27,165 nucleotides of DNA, taken from contig JBDRBB010000012.1 in the NCBI GenBank assembly GCA_043823065.1, positions 1 to 27,165 of the forward strand, read 5' to 3'. A program made the translations under genes and the position numbers. This DNA is from Pseudomonadota bacterium. GTDB taxonomy: Bacteria; UBA10199; 2-02-FULL-44-16; DYJF01. Shown here one piece after another: positions 17,581 to 26,922 of this stretch. The notes beneath the pieces were generated by a model. It was not told the DNA's origin and did no database searches. It saw only the letters and a list, made by a program, of their open reading frames with translations. Each line of letters begins with the position of its first letter. Position 1 is the stretch's first letter.

Positions 17581-19194
17581 ATGAAGAAAATCTATTGTAT
17601 TTTAACGGTTTTAATCTGTTTGGTATCCTCTAAAATTTTTGCGCAAACTAATCTTGATTCCCCATTTAAGGTGCGCTGGGAAAAAACCATTCATGACATT
17701 AAGCCCAATGAAAGATTCCAAGCAACTATAGTAATAGAAGTTCCAGAAGGTCATTATATATATGCTGATAAAACCGAGGTTGATTTCAAGAGCCTGGAAG
17801 GGTTGCGCATTGATGATGTTGTTTTTCCTGAACCAACAAAGAGGGAAGACCCCTATTTTAAGAAAAAACTGGATGTGTATGAAGGAACTGTTTTTATTAG
17901 CATTATTGGCCATCTGCCGGAAAAATATCCAATAGATGATCTTGATTTAACAGTTTTGCTGAAGTTTCAGGGTTGCTCGGAAAAGGTGTGTTTTTATCCA
18001 GAAAAACATGATGTTGAATTTGCTTTTCATGCGCCAGCGCTACCTATGGCTAAGCCTGAGATAAAACCAGTTTTAGAGCCCAAAGATAGTTCCAAATCAT
18101 TTTGGGCATATTTAAAACTTACTGATTTCAGTAAAATATTTGAGCAAGGAACCTGGTTCTCAATTTTTATCGTCTTTTTAGCCGGTTTTTTGGTTTCTTT
18201 AACGCCTTGTATTTGGCCCTTAATTCCGGTGACCCTTCTAATCATTGGAGTAGAGGCTCAACGTAAATGGTGGAAAAATGTTTTGCTAGCTGCAACATTG
18301 GTTCTGGGAATTGTCTTGGTCAACACTAGTCTGGGTTTGCTGGCTGTATTTTTGGGCAAGGGAGTGGGATTTTTATTTCAAAATAGACTGTTTTTAGCTC
18401 TGGTTGTGATCTTCTTTGTTTTAATGAGCTTATCCATGTTTGGTTTATTTGAAATTCATTTGCTTAAACCCTTGCAAAATAAGTTATCCAAACTTGGTGG
18501 CAAAGGTTTTCGCGGTGCGTTTCTGGTTGGTTTAGGAACTGGTTTAATTGCTGCTCCTTGCGCCAGCCCGGTTTTAATCGCCTTGCTTGGTTTTGTGGCT
18601 CTTAAACAAAATTATTTTATTGGAGCTGGTTACTTGTTTATGTTTGGTCTGGGCCTGGGCTTGGTGTTTATTTTAATTGGTTCTGGTTTTGGAATTCTGG
18701 CTTCGCATATTAAAGGTGGTGCTTGGTTGCGACCAGTTAAAGGCATCTTAGGTGTGATTTTGCTGTTGCCCGCATTTTTTTATTTTAAGACCTTAGTTAA
18801 TTTGGATATTGCTGTGCCTAAATCAAAAGTGGCTTGGGTGAGCAATATTGAACATGCTAAAAAGTTTGCTCAAGATTCAAACCGACCAATGATGATAGAT
18901 TTCTATGCCAGATGGTGCCCGCCTTGTTTGGAATTAGATCGTAACTTTTTTAGTAAAGATGAGGTGCTTAGACTAAGTTACCAATTAGTGCCAGTGAGGG
19001 TGGATGCAACAGTGGAAACACCTGCTGTAGAAGAAATACTGGAAAAATATAAAATAAGAGGTTGGCCCACAATTTTATTTATTTCTCCTCAAGGCAAGAT
19101 TTATCAAGATCTAACTGTCGCGGCTTTTGATCCAGATTTGCTTAAACAAAATATGCGCAAAGCAATTAAGCGCGCTCAAGGTTCTAAAAAATAA
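17581..19194 (+). CDS. dsbD: Thiol:disulfide interchange protein DsbD
   Basis: Signal peptide MKKIYCIL...; alpha-domain QGCSEKVCFYP; membrane LTPCIWP and APCASP; thioredoxin WCPPC. Confidence 0.92.
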   Translation: MKKIYCILTVLICLVSSKIFAQTNLDSPFKVRWEKTIHDIKPNERFQATIVIEVPEGHYIYADKTEVDFKSLEGLRIDDVVFPEPTKREDPYFKKKLDVYEGTVFISIIGHLPEKYPIDDLDLTVLLKFQGCSEKVCFYPEKHDVEFAFHAPALPMAKPEIKPVLEPKDSSKSFWAYLKLTDFSKIFEQGTWFSIFIVFLAGFLVSLTPCIWPLIPVTLLIIGVEAQRKWWKNVLLAATLVLGIVLVNTSLGLLAVFLGKGVGFLFQNRLFLALVVIFFVLMSLSMFGLFEIHLLKPLQNKLSKLGGKGFRGAFLVGLGTGLIAAPCASPVLIALLGFVALKQNYFIGAGYLFMFGLGLGLVFILIGSGFGILASHIKGGAWLRPVKGILGVILLLPAFFYFKTLVNLDIAVPKSKVAWVSNIEHAKKFAQDSNRPMMIDFYARWCPPCLELDRNFFSKDEVLRLSYQLVPVRVDATVETPAVEEILEKYKIRGWPTILFISPQGKIYQDLTVAAFDPDLLKQNMRKAIKRAQGSKK

Positions 19195-21122
19195 TGGGCA
19201 AGCATCTATCTAAACGTGAACGAAAAATCGTGCAATGCATTGCTGAAGTTTTAATTCCTTTGCCAAATCCTGAGGACAATCCAGAAACAGCGCGGCTTTT
19301 GGCTTCCTTGGACGATCACTTGCGCTGTATGCAGCAAGAGACTGCTTATTTGTTTAAGGCCTGTCTTTGGTTTTGGGAGCTGGTGGCTTTTACTTATTAT
19401 GCTTCTTTTAAATTGATGACCCAAATGGATTTAAGTTTAAGGGAAAGATATTTAAACGCCTGGCATAATACTTGGTGGTCTGTAAAGCGCACGATTAAAC
19501 GCTTTCTAGAAACTATAATTTTCATGAATTATTATGGTCTGCCAGAAGTTGCAGTCAAGATTGGTTTTGAACCAAAATTTTCCAAGCCAGTAAAAAATAT
19601 AAATTTACCTGCTAAAAATATTATCAACCATCCACCTCAAGAAGAAGTTACAGATGAAGCAGATGTCTGCGTGATTGGTTCAGGAGCTGGTGGTGCAGTT
19701 CTCGCCAAGGAATTAGCAGATCGGGGTTATAAAGTTATTATCTTAGAAGAAGGTAGTTTTTTTTCTGTCCAAGATTTTGGCCAGGATGTGGTAACCATGA
19801 CCAAAAAGCTTTACCGTGGTGGTGGCGTTATCAATACCTTTGGTTGGCCGCCAATACTTGTTCCCATTGGGAAGTGCGTTGGGGGAACAACGTTAATCAA
19901 TTCTGGCACCTGTTTTAGAACCCCAGAGCATGTATTTGAAAAATGGGTAAATAATTTTGGTTTACACACTTGGACCGCTAAAGAGATGCAGGCTCATTAT
20001 GAAGCTGTAGAAAAATTTATTAAGGCAACTCCTGCCAGAGCTGAGGTGCAGTCAAAATCGGCGAAATTTTTTGAGCAAGGTCTAAAAAAATTGGGACATG
20101 AACTAAAACCTTTGCAAAGAAATGCCCCAAATTGTTGCGGTAGCGGGGTATGCTGTTTTGGCTGTCCCACTAATGCCAAGGAGTCTGCTAATCTAAACTA
20201 TTTGCCAGCAGCCTTAGAACAGGGCGCAAAACTTTACACTAATTGTCGCGCTTATCGAATTGTTTATCACAAAAGGCACGCCACTGAAGTGTTAGGCGAG
20301 TTTAAAGATCCAGTTACTTATAAAAAAACCGGAAAAATTAAGATTAAAGCAAAAGTAATTGTTTGTGCCGCTGGCTCATTACATACCCCTGTTTTATTGA
20401 AACAATCTAGAGTGCCTAATCCGAGCGGGCAAATTGGGCATAACTTGACGTTGCATCCTGCGGCAAAAGTTATGGCTTTGTTTGAGGATGAGGTAAAAGG
20501 GTGGCAGGGTATTCCTCAGGGGTATTATTGTGAAGGTCTGAAAGAAGACCGGGTTGCTTTGGAAGGAATTTTTCTTCAACCAGCTTTTACCGCTTCGACA
20601 CTTTTGTTAAGTGGCATCGAACATCGTCAGGTCATGGAGCAATATAATAAATTGGCCTTATTTGGGATGATGGTTTCTGATACTAGTCAGGGCAGGGTAT
20701 ATAGCGGGTTTAAGGGACATCCCATTCCCATTTATAATATTAATCGCGCAGATTTGCCCAAATATAGAAGAGGTATTCAATTTTTGGCTGATGCTTTTTT
20801 CCAAGCAGGAGCTAAAAAACTTTTTTTGCCATTACACACTTTGCCCAAGCTTGATAGAGCTGATGGCATCAAACCTCTTATTGAACTGAAGTTGCGTAAC
20901 AAAGATCTTGACCTGCAGGCTTTTCATCCTCTGGGAACTTGCCGCATGGGCGCTGACCCCAGGGAAGCTGTGATTGATCCTTTGGCCAGGGTTTATGGTT
21001 TGGATAATGTTTTTATTGCTGATGGTTCTATTTTTCCCACATCTTTGGGGGTAAACCCTATGTTGACTATCATGGCTGCAGCTCGTAAAATTAGCGGACA
21101 TATACATAGGGAATATTTATAG
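19194..21122 (+). CDS. GMC-family FAD oxidoreductase (long-chain alcohol oxidase-like) with N-terminal helical extension
   Basis: IGSGAGG, GKCVGGTTLINSG, CCGSGVCCFGCP, HPLGTCRMG, DGSIFPTSLGVNPMLTI. TAATG overlap with the dsbD stop. Confidence 0.92.
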   Translation: MGKHLSKRERKIVQCIAEVLIPLPNPEDNPETARLLASLDDHLRCMQQETAYLFKACLWFWELVAFTYYASFKLMTQMDLSLRERYLNAWHNTWWSVKRTIKRFLETIIFMNYYGLPEVAVKIGFEPKFSKPVKNINLPAKNIINHPPQEEVTDEADVCVIGSGAGGAVLAKELADRGYKVIILEEGSFFSVQDFGQDVVTMTKKLYRGGGVINTFGWPPILVPIGKCVGGTTLINSGTCFRTPEHVFEKWVNNFGLHTWTAKEMQAHYEAVEKFIKATPARAEVQSKSAKFFEQGLKKLGHELKPLQRNAPNCCGSGVCCFGCPTNAKESANLNYLPAALEQGAKLYTNCRAYRIVYHKRHATEVLGEFKDPVTYKKTGKIKIKAKVIVCAAGSLHTPVLLKQSRVPNPSGQIGHNLTLHPAAKVMALFEDEVKGWQGIPQGYYCEGLKEDRVALEGIFLQPAFTASTLLLSGIEHRQVMEQYNKLALFGMMVSDTSQGRVYSGFKGHPIPIYNINRADLPKYRRGIQFLADAFFQAGAKKLFLPLHTLPKLDRADGIKPLIELKLRNKDLDLQAFHPLGTCRMGADPREAVIDPLARVYGLDNVFIADGSIFPTSLGVNPMLTIMAAARKISGHIHREYL

Positions 21123-21130
21123 GGGGAAAT

Positions 21131-22666
21131 ATGAAAAGAACTATCTGGGGAAGTAAGCTTGGTTTCCTCTTGGCTGCCATTGGCTCTGCCATTGGTCTTG
21201 GTAATATCTGGCGATTCAGTTATATGTCTTATGAACATGGTGGCGGAGCTTTTTTAGTTCCTTATTTTGTAGCCTTGATTATTGCAGGCATTCCTTTGAT
21301 GATCTTGGAGTATGCTTTAGGTCATAAAGAAAAAGCCTCATCTCCACTTTCCTTTACGCGTGTTTCCAAAGGCTGGGAATGGGTTGGCTGGTGGATGCCA
21401 GTGGTGGCTTTGTTTGGCATCATGCTTTATTATGCCGTGATCATCAGTTGGTGTATTAATTATCTGTTCTTTTCCATTAATTTATCCTGGGGTGCAAACG
21501 CCCAGAGTTTTTTCTTTAATAAATTTTTACAACTAAGTGATTCACCATTTGCTTTAGGCGGGATTCGCATTCCCATTGCCTCTGCTACGTTTGCAGTCTG
21601 GTTTATTTGTTGGGCAATTTGTTTTCGTCAGATCAATCGAGGTATTGAAAAAGCCTGTTTTATTTTTATGCCTTTGTTATTTGTGCTAACTCTAATCCTG
21701 GTGGGCTGGACCTTGTCTTTAGACGGTGCTTGGGAAGCGGTAAAAAATGTTTATTTAAATCCAGACTGGCAAAAAATTAATTTCTTCACTAATCCTGCAG
21801 CTTGGAAGGTCTGGATCGCTGCTTTTGGCCAGATCTTTTTTACGTTGTCTTTAGGCTTTGGCATCATGATTACTTATGCTAGTTATCTTCCGGAAAAAAC
21901 CGATATTGTGGGCAATGCTTTGTGGACCTGCATTATTAACTGTTTGTATTCTTTTATCGCTGGTTTTGCAGTGTTTGGTATTGTGGGTTTTATGTCAACT
22001 TCTAAAGGTGTTCCTTTTGGCGCAGTTATCCAAGGTGGTCCTCAACTTGCTTTTGTGGTTTTTCCAGAAGCAATCAGACAACTTCCATTTGGCGCTAACC
22101 TTTTTGGTATTGCCTTCTTTTTGATGTTGATCATGGCTGGCATTTCCTCTGGTATTTCTTTGATAGAGGCGTTTAGTTGTGCGCTTATTGATAAATTTAA
22201 ATATTCCAGAAAAAAAGCTGTTTCTTCAATATGTATAATTGGTTTTTTAGGTAGTTTAATTTTTACCACCAATGCTGGTTTATATATTCTAGATATTGTC
22301 GATCATTTTATAACCAACTATGGTTTATTGGTCGGCGGAATCTTGGAATGTATTTTAGTTGGCTGGCTCTTAAAAGCTAAAGTTGCTAGGCAGCATATTG
22401 ATCAAGCTGGCGGATTGCAGGTCAACAGGTTTTGGGATGTTTGCATTCGCTATATAACTCCTTTGATTCTTATTTCAGTGGTTGCTCAATCTTTCTTAGA
22501 TGAATTTAAAAAAGTTTATGGAAATTATAATCCAGATTCTTTAATTTTATTTGGCGTGGATTGGTTAATTATTACGGTTGTTGTAGCTATTGCTTTTACT
22601 TTTTACCCTTGGGATCCGCGTAAACTGGCTAAAGTGCACACTCCAGGAGAGGAACCATTGTTTTAG
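21131..22666 (+). CDS. Sodium-dependent transporter, NSS/SNF (LeuT-like) family
   Basis: GSAIGLGNIWRF, GGGAFLVPY, GQIFFTLSLGFG, GPQLAFVVFP, AGISSGIS. Confidence 0.95.
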   Translation: MKRTIWGSKLGFLLAAIGSAIGLGNIWRFSYMSYEHGGGAFLVPYFVALIIAGIPLMILEYALGHKEKASSPLSFTRVSKGWEWVGWWMPVVALFGIMLYYAVIISWCINYLFFSINLSWGANAQSFFFNKFLQLSDSPFALGGIRIPIASATFAVWFICWAICFRQINRGIEKACFIFMPLLFVLTLILVGWTLSLDGAWEAVKNVYLNPDWQKINFFTNPAAWKVWIAAFGQIFFTLSLGFGIMITYASYLPEKTDIVGNALWTCIINCLYSFIAGFAVFGIVGFMSTSKGVPFGAVIQGGPQLAFVVFPEAIRQLPFGANLFGIAFFLMLIMAGISSGISLIEAFSCALIDKFKYSRKKAVSSICIIGFLGSLIFTTNAGLYILDIVDHFITNYGLLVGGILECILVGWLLKAKVARQHIDQAGGLQVNRFWDVCIRYITPLILISVVAQSFLDEFKKVYGNYNPDSLILFGVDWLIITVVVAIAFTFYPWDPRKLAKVHTPGEEPLF

Positions 22667-22689
22667 CGGAATGATGACAAAGGTGATAA

Positions 22690-23829
22690 ATGACAAAAAA
22701 TAAACTTAACTCCAAAGTTAAAGCGCAGCTAGATAAATGGTTTGCCAAGGTTGAAGAAAAGGCAGGCACGTTTATCGGCTATCCTTGTAACCTGGATTTT
22801 GATTATTCAGAACTATTTCGTTTTTTAAAATATCCCATCAATAATGTTGGTGATCCTTATATTTCCAGCAACTATCAGGTAAATACCCATGAAGTTGAAC
22901 GCGAGGTTCTCAAATTTTTTGCCAAAATATTGCATGCTGGAAAAGATTATTGGGGATATGTAACCAGCGGCGGAACAGAAGGCAATATGTACGGGCTTTA
23001 TCTGGCGCGCGAGTTGCACCCAAATGGAATTTTTTATTATTCAGAAGATACTCATTACAGTGTAACCAAGATTTTGCGCATCTTAAATGTCACCAGCATC
23101 ATGATTAGATCTTTGCCTAATGGCGAGATTGATTATGCAGATTTAAAAAAGACCATTGAGATTAAAAGAGACCATCCGCCCATTATCATGGCCAATATTG
23201 GCACCACGATGAAAGGGGCTATTGATAATATATCTGAAATAAATAAAATTCTGAAGGAGCTGGGCGAGCCTGACCACTATATTCACTGCGATGCTGCTTT
23301 GCATGGGATGATGCTGCCTTTTATCAAAGATGCTCCTGCTTTTGATTTTGCAGCTGGTGTAAACAGTATTTCCATTAGCGGCCATAAATTTATTGGTTCA
23401 CCACTTCCTTGTGGAGTTGTTCTAGCAAAAAAACATTTGGTCGATGCAATTGCCACAGCCATTGAATATGTAGGAAGTTTAGATACAACTTTGACTGGTT
23501 CACGCAATGCTATTACTCCTATTTTTCTCTGGTATGCAATTCAACAGAAAGGCAGGGCTGGGTTTAAAGATATGGTAAATAGCTGTTTGGACGTCTCAGA
23601 TTATACCTTATATCAATTTCATAAATATGGCTGGCCAGCCTGGAAAAATGAATATTCCAATATTGTGTATTTTAAGCGGCCTGCTGATAAATTAGTTGAA
23701 AAATGGCAGCTTGCGGTCTATAAGAATATAGCGCATCTGGTCATTATGCCTCATGTAAATACGAAATGGATTGATAGGTTTATGGTTGATTTTGAAAAGT
23801 ACGCAACCTTTTCCAGCCAGGGTCGATAA
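22690..23829 (+). CDS. PLP-dependent group II decarboxylase, histidine decarboxylase / serine decarboxylase clade
   Basis: GYPCNLDFDY, INNVGDP, YWGYVTSGGTEGN, THYSV, HCDAAL, PLP lysine in SGHK, GSRN. Confidence 0.9.
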   Translation: MTKNKLNSKVKAQLDKWFAKVEEKAGTFIGYPCNLDFDYSELFRFLKYPINNVGDPYISSNYQVNTHEVEREVLKFFAKILHAGKDYWGYVTSGGTEGNMYGLYLARELHPNGIFYYSEDTHYSVTKILRILNVTSIMIRSLPNGEIDYADLKKTIEIKRDHPPIIMANIGTTMKGAIDNISEINKILKELGEPDHYIHCDAALHGMMLPFIKDAPAFDFAAGVNSISISGHKFIGSPLPCGVVLAKKHLVDAIATAIEYVGSLDTTLTGSRNAITPIFLWYAIQQKGRAGFKDMVNSCLDVSDYTLYQFHKYGWPAWKNEYSNIVYFKRPADKLVEKWQLAVYKNIAHLVIMPHVNTKWIDRFMVDFEKYATFSSQGR

Positions 23830-23856
23830 AAAAGTAAGTATAAAAAGGGGAAAACT

Positions 23857-24249
23857 ATGAAGCAAATCTTTATTATTTCTGAAAATAGCGTTTGTGAAAT
23901 AAATAAGATAAGCAAGTTGATGCATAAAAACGGAATAAACATTGAATCTGTGGAAACCCAAGATATTGGCACCTCTAAAGTGATTACGCTCAAGGTTGAT
24001 AATAATGAACTTGCCCTAAAAGCCCTTAATCAAGCTGAGCTAAAAGCAGTAGCTGGTACAAATCTTTTAATTAAAGTTAAGGACCAACCAGGTGCCTTGG
24101 CTGAAGTTGCTTTAAAACTTAAATTAGCTGATATTGAAAGCAAGGCACATCATATTATGACCCGTGATGGTGACAATTCTATTGCTGCTATTTCCACTTC
24201 AAGGTTAGAAGATGCGAAAAAAATTCTCAAGAATTGTCTGATATCATGA
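23857..24249 (+). CDS. Tandem ACT-domain protein
   Basis: 130 aa; KNGINIESV and VKDQPGALAEVALKL ACT signatures. Confidence 0.85.
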   Translation: MKQIFIISENSVCEINKISKLMHKNGINIESVETQDIGTSKVITLKVDNNELALKALNQAELKAVAGTNLLIKVKDQPGALAEVALKLKLADIESKAHHIMTRDGDNSIAAISTSRLEDAKKILKNCLIS

Positions 24250-24252
24250 TGC

Positions 24253-24336
24253 GTCATCCTCGAATATATTATGTCATCCTCGCGGAAGCGGGGATCTAAA
24301 GTGTGCCCTCTGGATTCCTGCTTTCGCGGGAATGAC
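24253..24336. repeat. REP-like inverted doublet GTCATCCTCGCGGAAGCGGGGATCTA...TGGATTCCTGCTTTCGCGGGAATGAC, preceded by a partial copy
   Basis: Units at 24273-24298 and 24311-24336; extra GTCATCCTCG at 24253. Confidence 0.85.
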
Positions 24337-24347
24337 AATGTAGAAAT

Positions 24348-24848
24348 ATGGAACAATTAATTCGTAAATTTTTAATTGAACTGGGTGAAGATCCCGAACG
24401 TGAAGGTTTAAAAAATACACCTGCGCGCGCCAAAAAAACTTTTGAGTTTTTAACTCAAGGGTACAAAATTGATCCTTATGAACTGCTCAAAACCTCGGTT
24501 TATGAAGAAAAGTCAGAGCAAGTTATCACAGTAAAAGACATTCCGTTTTATAGTTTATGCGAACATCATTTATTGCCATTTTTTGGCAAGGCCCAAGTAA
24601 GCTATATTCCAAATGGTAAAATTGTGGGAATTTCAAAAATAACCCAACTAGTTGATGTTTTTGCCAGGCGCTTGCAACTCCAAGAGCGTTTAACAAATCA
24701 AATTGCCCAAACTTTGCTGGAAGCTATAAATCCCAAAGGCGTTAGTTGCACTATAGAAGCTAATCATTTGTGTTTGGAGATGCAGGGTGAACAGAAGAGA
24801 GAGTCTACCTTAGTTACTTCTGTTAAATTAGGTGACATGTCAGCGTAG
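24348..24848 (+). CDS. folE: GTP cyclohydrolase I family protein, atypical (short C-terminus, two conserved Arg replaced by Gln)
   Basis: GEDPEREGLKNTPAR, SLCEHHLLPFFG, RRLQLQERLT, HLC. Confidence 0.85.
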   Translation: MEQLIRKFLIELGEDPEREGLKNTPARAKKTFEFLTQGYKIDPYELLKTSVYEEKSEQVITVKDIPFYSLCEHHLLPFFGKAQVSYIPNGKIVGISKITQLVDVFARRLQLQERLTNQIAQTLLEAINPKGVSCTIEANHLCLEMQGEQKRESTLVTSVKLGDMSA

Positions 24849-24851
24849 TTT

Positions 24852-24932
24852 GTCATCCCTTTTGCTTGTCATTCCCGCGAAAGCGGGAATCTAAACTGGT
24901 ATCCTCTGGATTCCCGCCTTCGCGGGAATGAC
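24852..24932. repeat. REP-like inverted doublet GTCATTCCCGCGAAAGCGGGAATCTA...TGGATTCCCGCCTTCGCGGGAATGAC between convergent folE and trmB
   Basis: Units at 24868-24893 and 24907-24932; extra GTCATCCC at 24852. Confidence 0.88.
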
Positions 24933-25543
24933 TAACTCTTAACATATTTCTGATAATAAATAGTTCTACCCATCTCGATCCATTTTTGGGCAAAGAAAGT
25001 CGGATAAGCCTCATCAGATTCCAGACTTATTTGATTTAGATATAACGACTTAAATCCCCTAAATTCCTTAAATTCTTCAGCTACTTCTTGAGCATATCTT
25101 TCAAAATCTGTAGTAAAATAAATTGCTCCGTCTGATTTTAGAGCCTGGTGGCAATCGCTGATAAATCCTTGGGAAATAAGCCGATTTTTTTCATGTCGAT
25201 TTTTAGGCCAGGGGTCTGGAAAATTTATATGAATAGTTTCCACTGCCATATCTTTAATAAAACGCTTTAAGGCTTTGCGTCCATCATCTTGAATTATAAT
25301 AATGTTTTTTAGTTCACGTTTTTCAGTGCGAGCTATTAATTTATCAACTCTTTTGTGCTTAATCTCAATCCCAATTACCTGGGCATCTGGGCTAGATTCA
25401 GCCAGATGAAATAAAAAGTCACCTCGTCCAGGCCCAATTTCCACAATTTTTCGGGAAAATTCTTGGGGCATAGCCGGATAAATAAATGGTATTTGTAACC
25501 AGTCTTGGGGTTTAATTTCTTTATAGCTTACTGTACTGACCAT
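24932..25543 (-). CDS. trmB: tRNA (guanine-N7)-methyltransferase
   Basis: VEIGPGRG, IGIEI, NFPDPWPKNRHEKNRL, FTTD, PTFFAQKW. Confidence 0.93.
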   Translation of the reverse strand: MVSTVSYKEIKPQDWLQIPFIYPAMPQEFSRKIVEIGPGRGDFLFHLAESSPDAQVIGIEIKHKRVDKLIARTEKRELKNIIIIQDDGRKALKRFIKDMAVETIHINFPDPWPKNRHEKNRLISQGFISDCHQALKSDGAIYFTTDFERYAQEVAEEFKEFRGFKSLYLNQISLESDEAYPTFFAQKWIEMGRTIYYQKYVKS

Positions 25544-25610
25544 AGGTTGGCCAACTAACTACAAAATGGGCCTAGATGTCAATGCTTGAAGCCTTATAAA
25601 GCTTCTCAAT

Positions 25611-26297
25611 TTATCGTTTTGAAAGCTCTTCTTGGATGGAACCGGATAAAAGGGAAAAACCTGAGGTAGCTAATCTAGTTCTTTCTTCAGTGGGTAGTAA
25701 ACTGCCTAGCGTGGAAGTAAAATCCTGTTTATTGAAGTTTGATACAATTTTTATTAAATTATGTAATTTGCTTAACTCCATTTGAGAAAAATTTTTTATT
25801 CCCCGACGGATCATGAATTCTAAATCATAAGCATCCCTAATAGTTTTGCGATCAAGTAAAGCCTCAACTTTATTTTTCCACATTTGTTGTAATGTACAAA
25901 CAGTTAAGCGGATTTGCGTAGTTGGTTCATGTTTGGAAAAAGCAATTGCCATTTCTTGATCTTGGGCACTGCTTTCATCTTTTCTGATTTCTATTTTTAA
26001 ACGTCTGGGAAAACCTTGTGCTTTGATCTCCAAAAGCCAGCTAAAATGTTTTTCAACTTGATCTGTAATTTGCCAGCCATTTTCTCGGCACGTAGTAGCC
26101 AGTTTTTCAAAATCAATATGAAAACTAAGGTCTGGGTTTTTTAGAAAAAAATCTAAATCAACAGAGAATCTTGATAGTTGATGACATAACCTAAGCATAG
26201 TTCCTCCACCAAAAACTAAGCGATCTAATAATTTTGTTTTGCGCATCAAATCTAGGACTTGTATTTCAAATTGTTCATGTTTTTCTAATTCTTTCAT
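25611..26297 (-). CDS. AbiEii/AbiGii-family nucleotidyltransferase toxin (type IV TA)
   Basis: LVFGGGTMLRLCHQLSRFSVDLDF, KIEI, KVEALLDR, RDAYDL; 4-bp ATGA overlap with the antitoxin. Confidence 0.92.
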   Translation of the reverse strand: MKELEKHEQFEIQVLDLMRKTKLLDRLVFGGGTMLRLCHQLSRFSVDLDFFLKNPDLSFHIDFEKLATTCRENGWQITDQVEKHFSWLLEIKAQGFPRRLKIEIRKDESSAQDQEMAIAFSKHEPTTQIRLTVCTLQQMWKNKVEALLDRKTIRDAYDLEFMIRRGIKNFSQMELSKLHNLIKIVSNFNKQDFTSTLGSLLPTEERTRLATSGFSLLSGSIQEELSKR

Positions 26298-26887
26298 AAA
26301 TTCTCCAATATATATTTTCTTGTATATTTAATAGTGCTGGATGGATATTGATTTAATATTTTGCGCAGTTTTTGTAAGTCAATTTTGCTTAAATCAAGAG
26401 CTGATTTATCTAGAGCATATCTGCCAAGTGAGGTTAAATATAGTGTGTCAGCTAAGGCTTTTTCTGGGGTAGCAATAAAAAAAGCATTTTGTCTTTCAAA
26501 GTTTGTAAAAAGTTTATTTGGCAATAATCTATAACTAAAAATAAACCCCTCAACTTCATATTTTATACTTCTGATTTTGCTGATAGCTTCACAAGAGGAT
26601 TGGGGAAGCTGAGTGGAAACTCCATAGAAGGAAAGCGCGGTTAACAAAGAAATATAGGAGGGGGTTTGAATTAAATTGGAAAGCCTAAAAACATGATCCT
26701 CAGAGGTTTTTGCTAGCCAGCTGGGAAGAACATATAAACCTCTTTTTAAACGTTTGAGATCTCCCCTATCAACAGAGCGAGATACAAATACTGAAGCTGC
26801 TTTTCTAGAAAGGGATAGCAGAGAGGCGATTTCCTCTAATGACCACCATCCTTTTTGAGTTTTTTCAAGAAGTCGAATGTTATTCAT
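26294..26887 (-). CDS. AbiEi-family antitoxin / transcriptional regulator
   Basis: N-terminal winged HTH with RLKRGLY; PSYISLLTALSFYG; ATPEKALADTLY. Confidence 0.9.
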   Translation of the reverse strand: MNNIRLLEKTQKGWWSLEEIASLLSLSRKAASVFVSRSVDRGDLKRLKRGLYVLPSWLAKTSEDHVFRLSNLIQTPSYISLLTALSFYGVSTQLPQSSCEAISKIRSIKYEVEGFIFSYRLLPNKLFTNFERQNAFFIATPEKALADTLYLTSLGRYALDKSALDLSKIDLQKLRKILNQYPSSTIKYTRKYILENL

Positions 26888-26893
26888 GTCTTG

Positions 26894-26922
26894 ATTATAT
26901 TAAATATAGATAATTATCACAA
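26894..26922 (-). promoter_or_regulatory. Putative sigma-70 promoter of the abiE operon (TTGTGA-17-TATAAT), 6 nt before the ATG
   Basis: Perfect -10, canonical spacing, no SD. Confidence 0.65.

Noticed and set aside
24150..24356. 68-aa minus-strand ORF containing LSFPRKQES...LDPRFREDD
   Set aside because: It is the translation of the REP doublet plus antisense ACT gene sequence, a typical repeat artefact.
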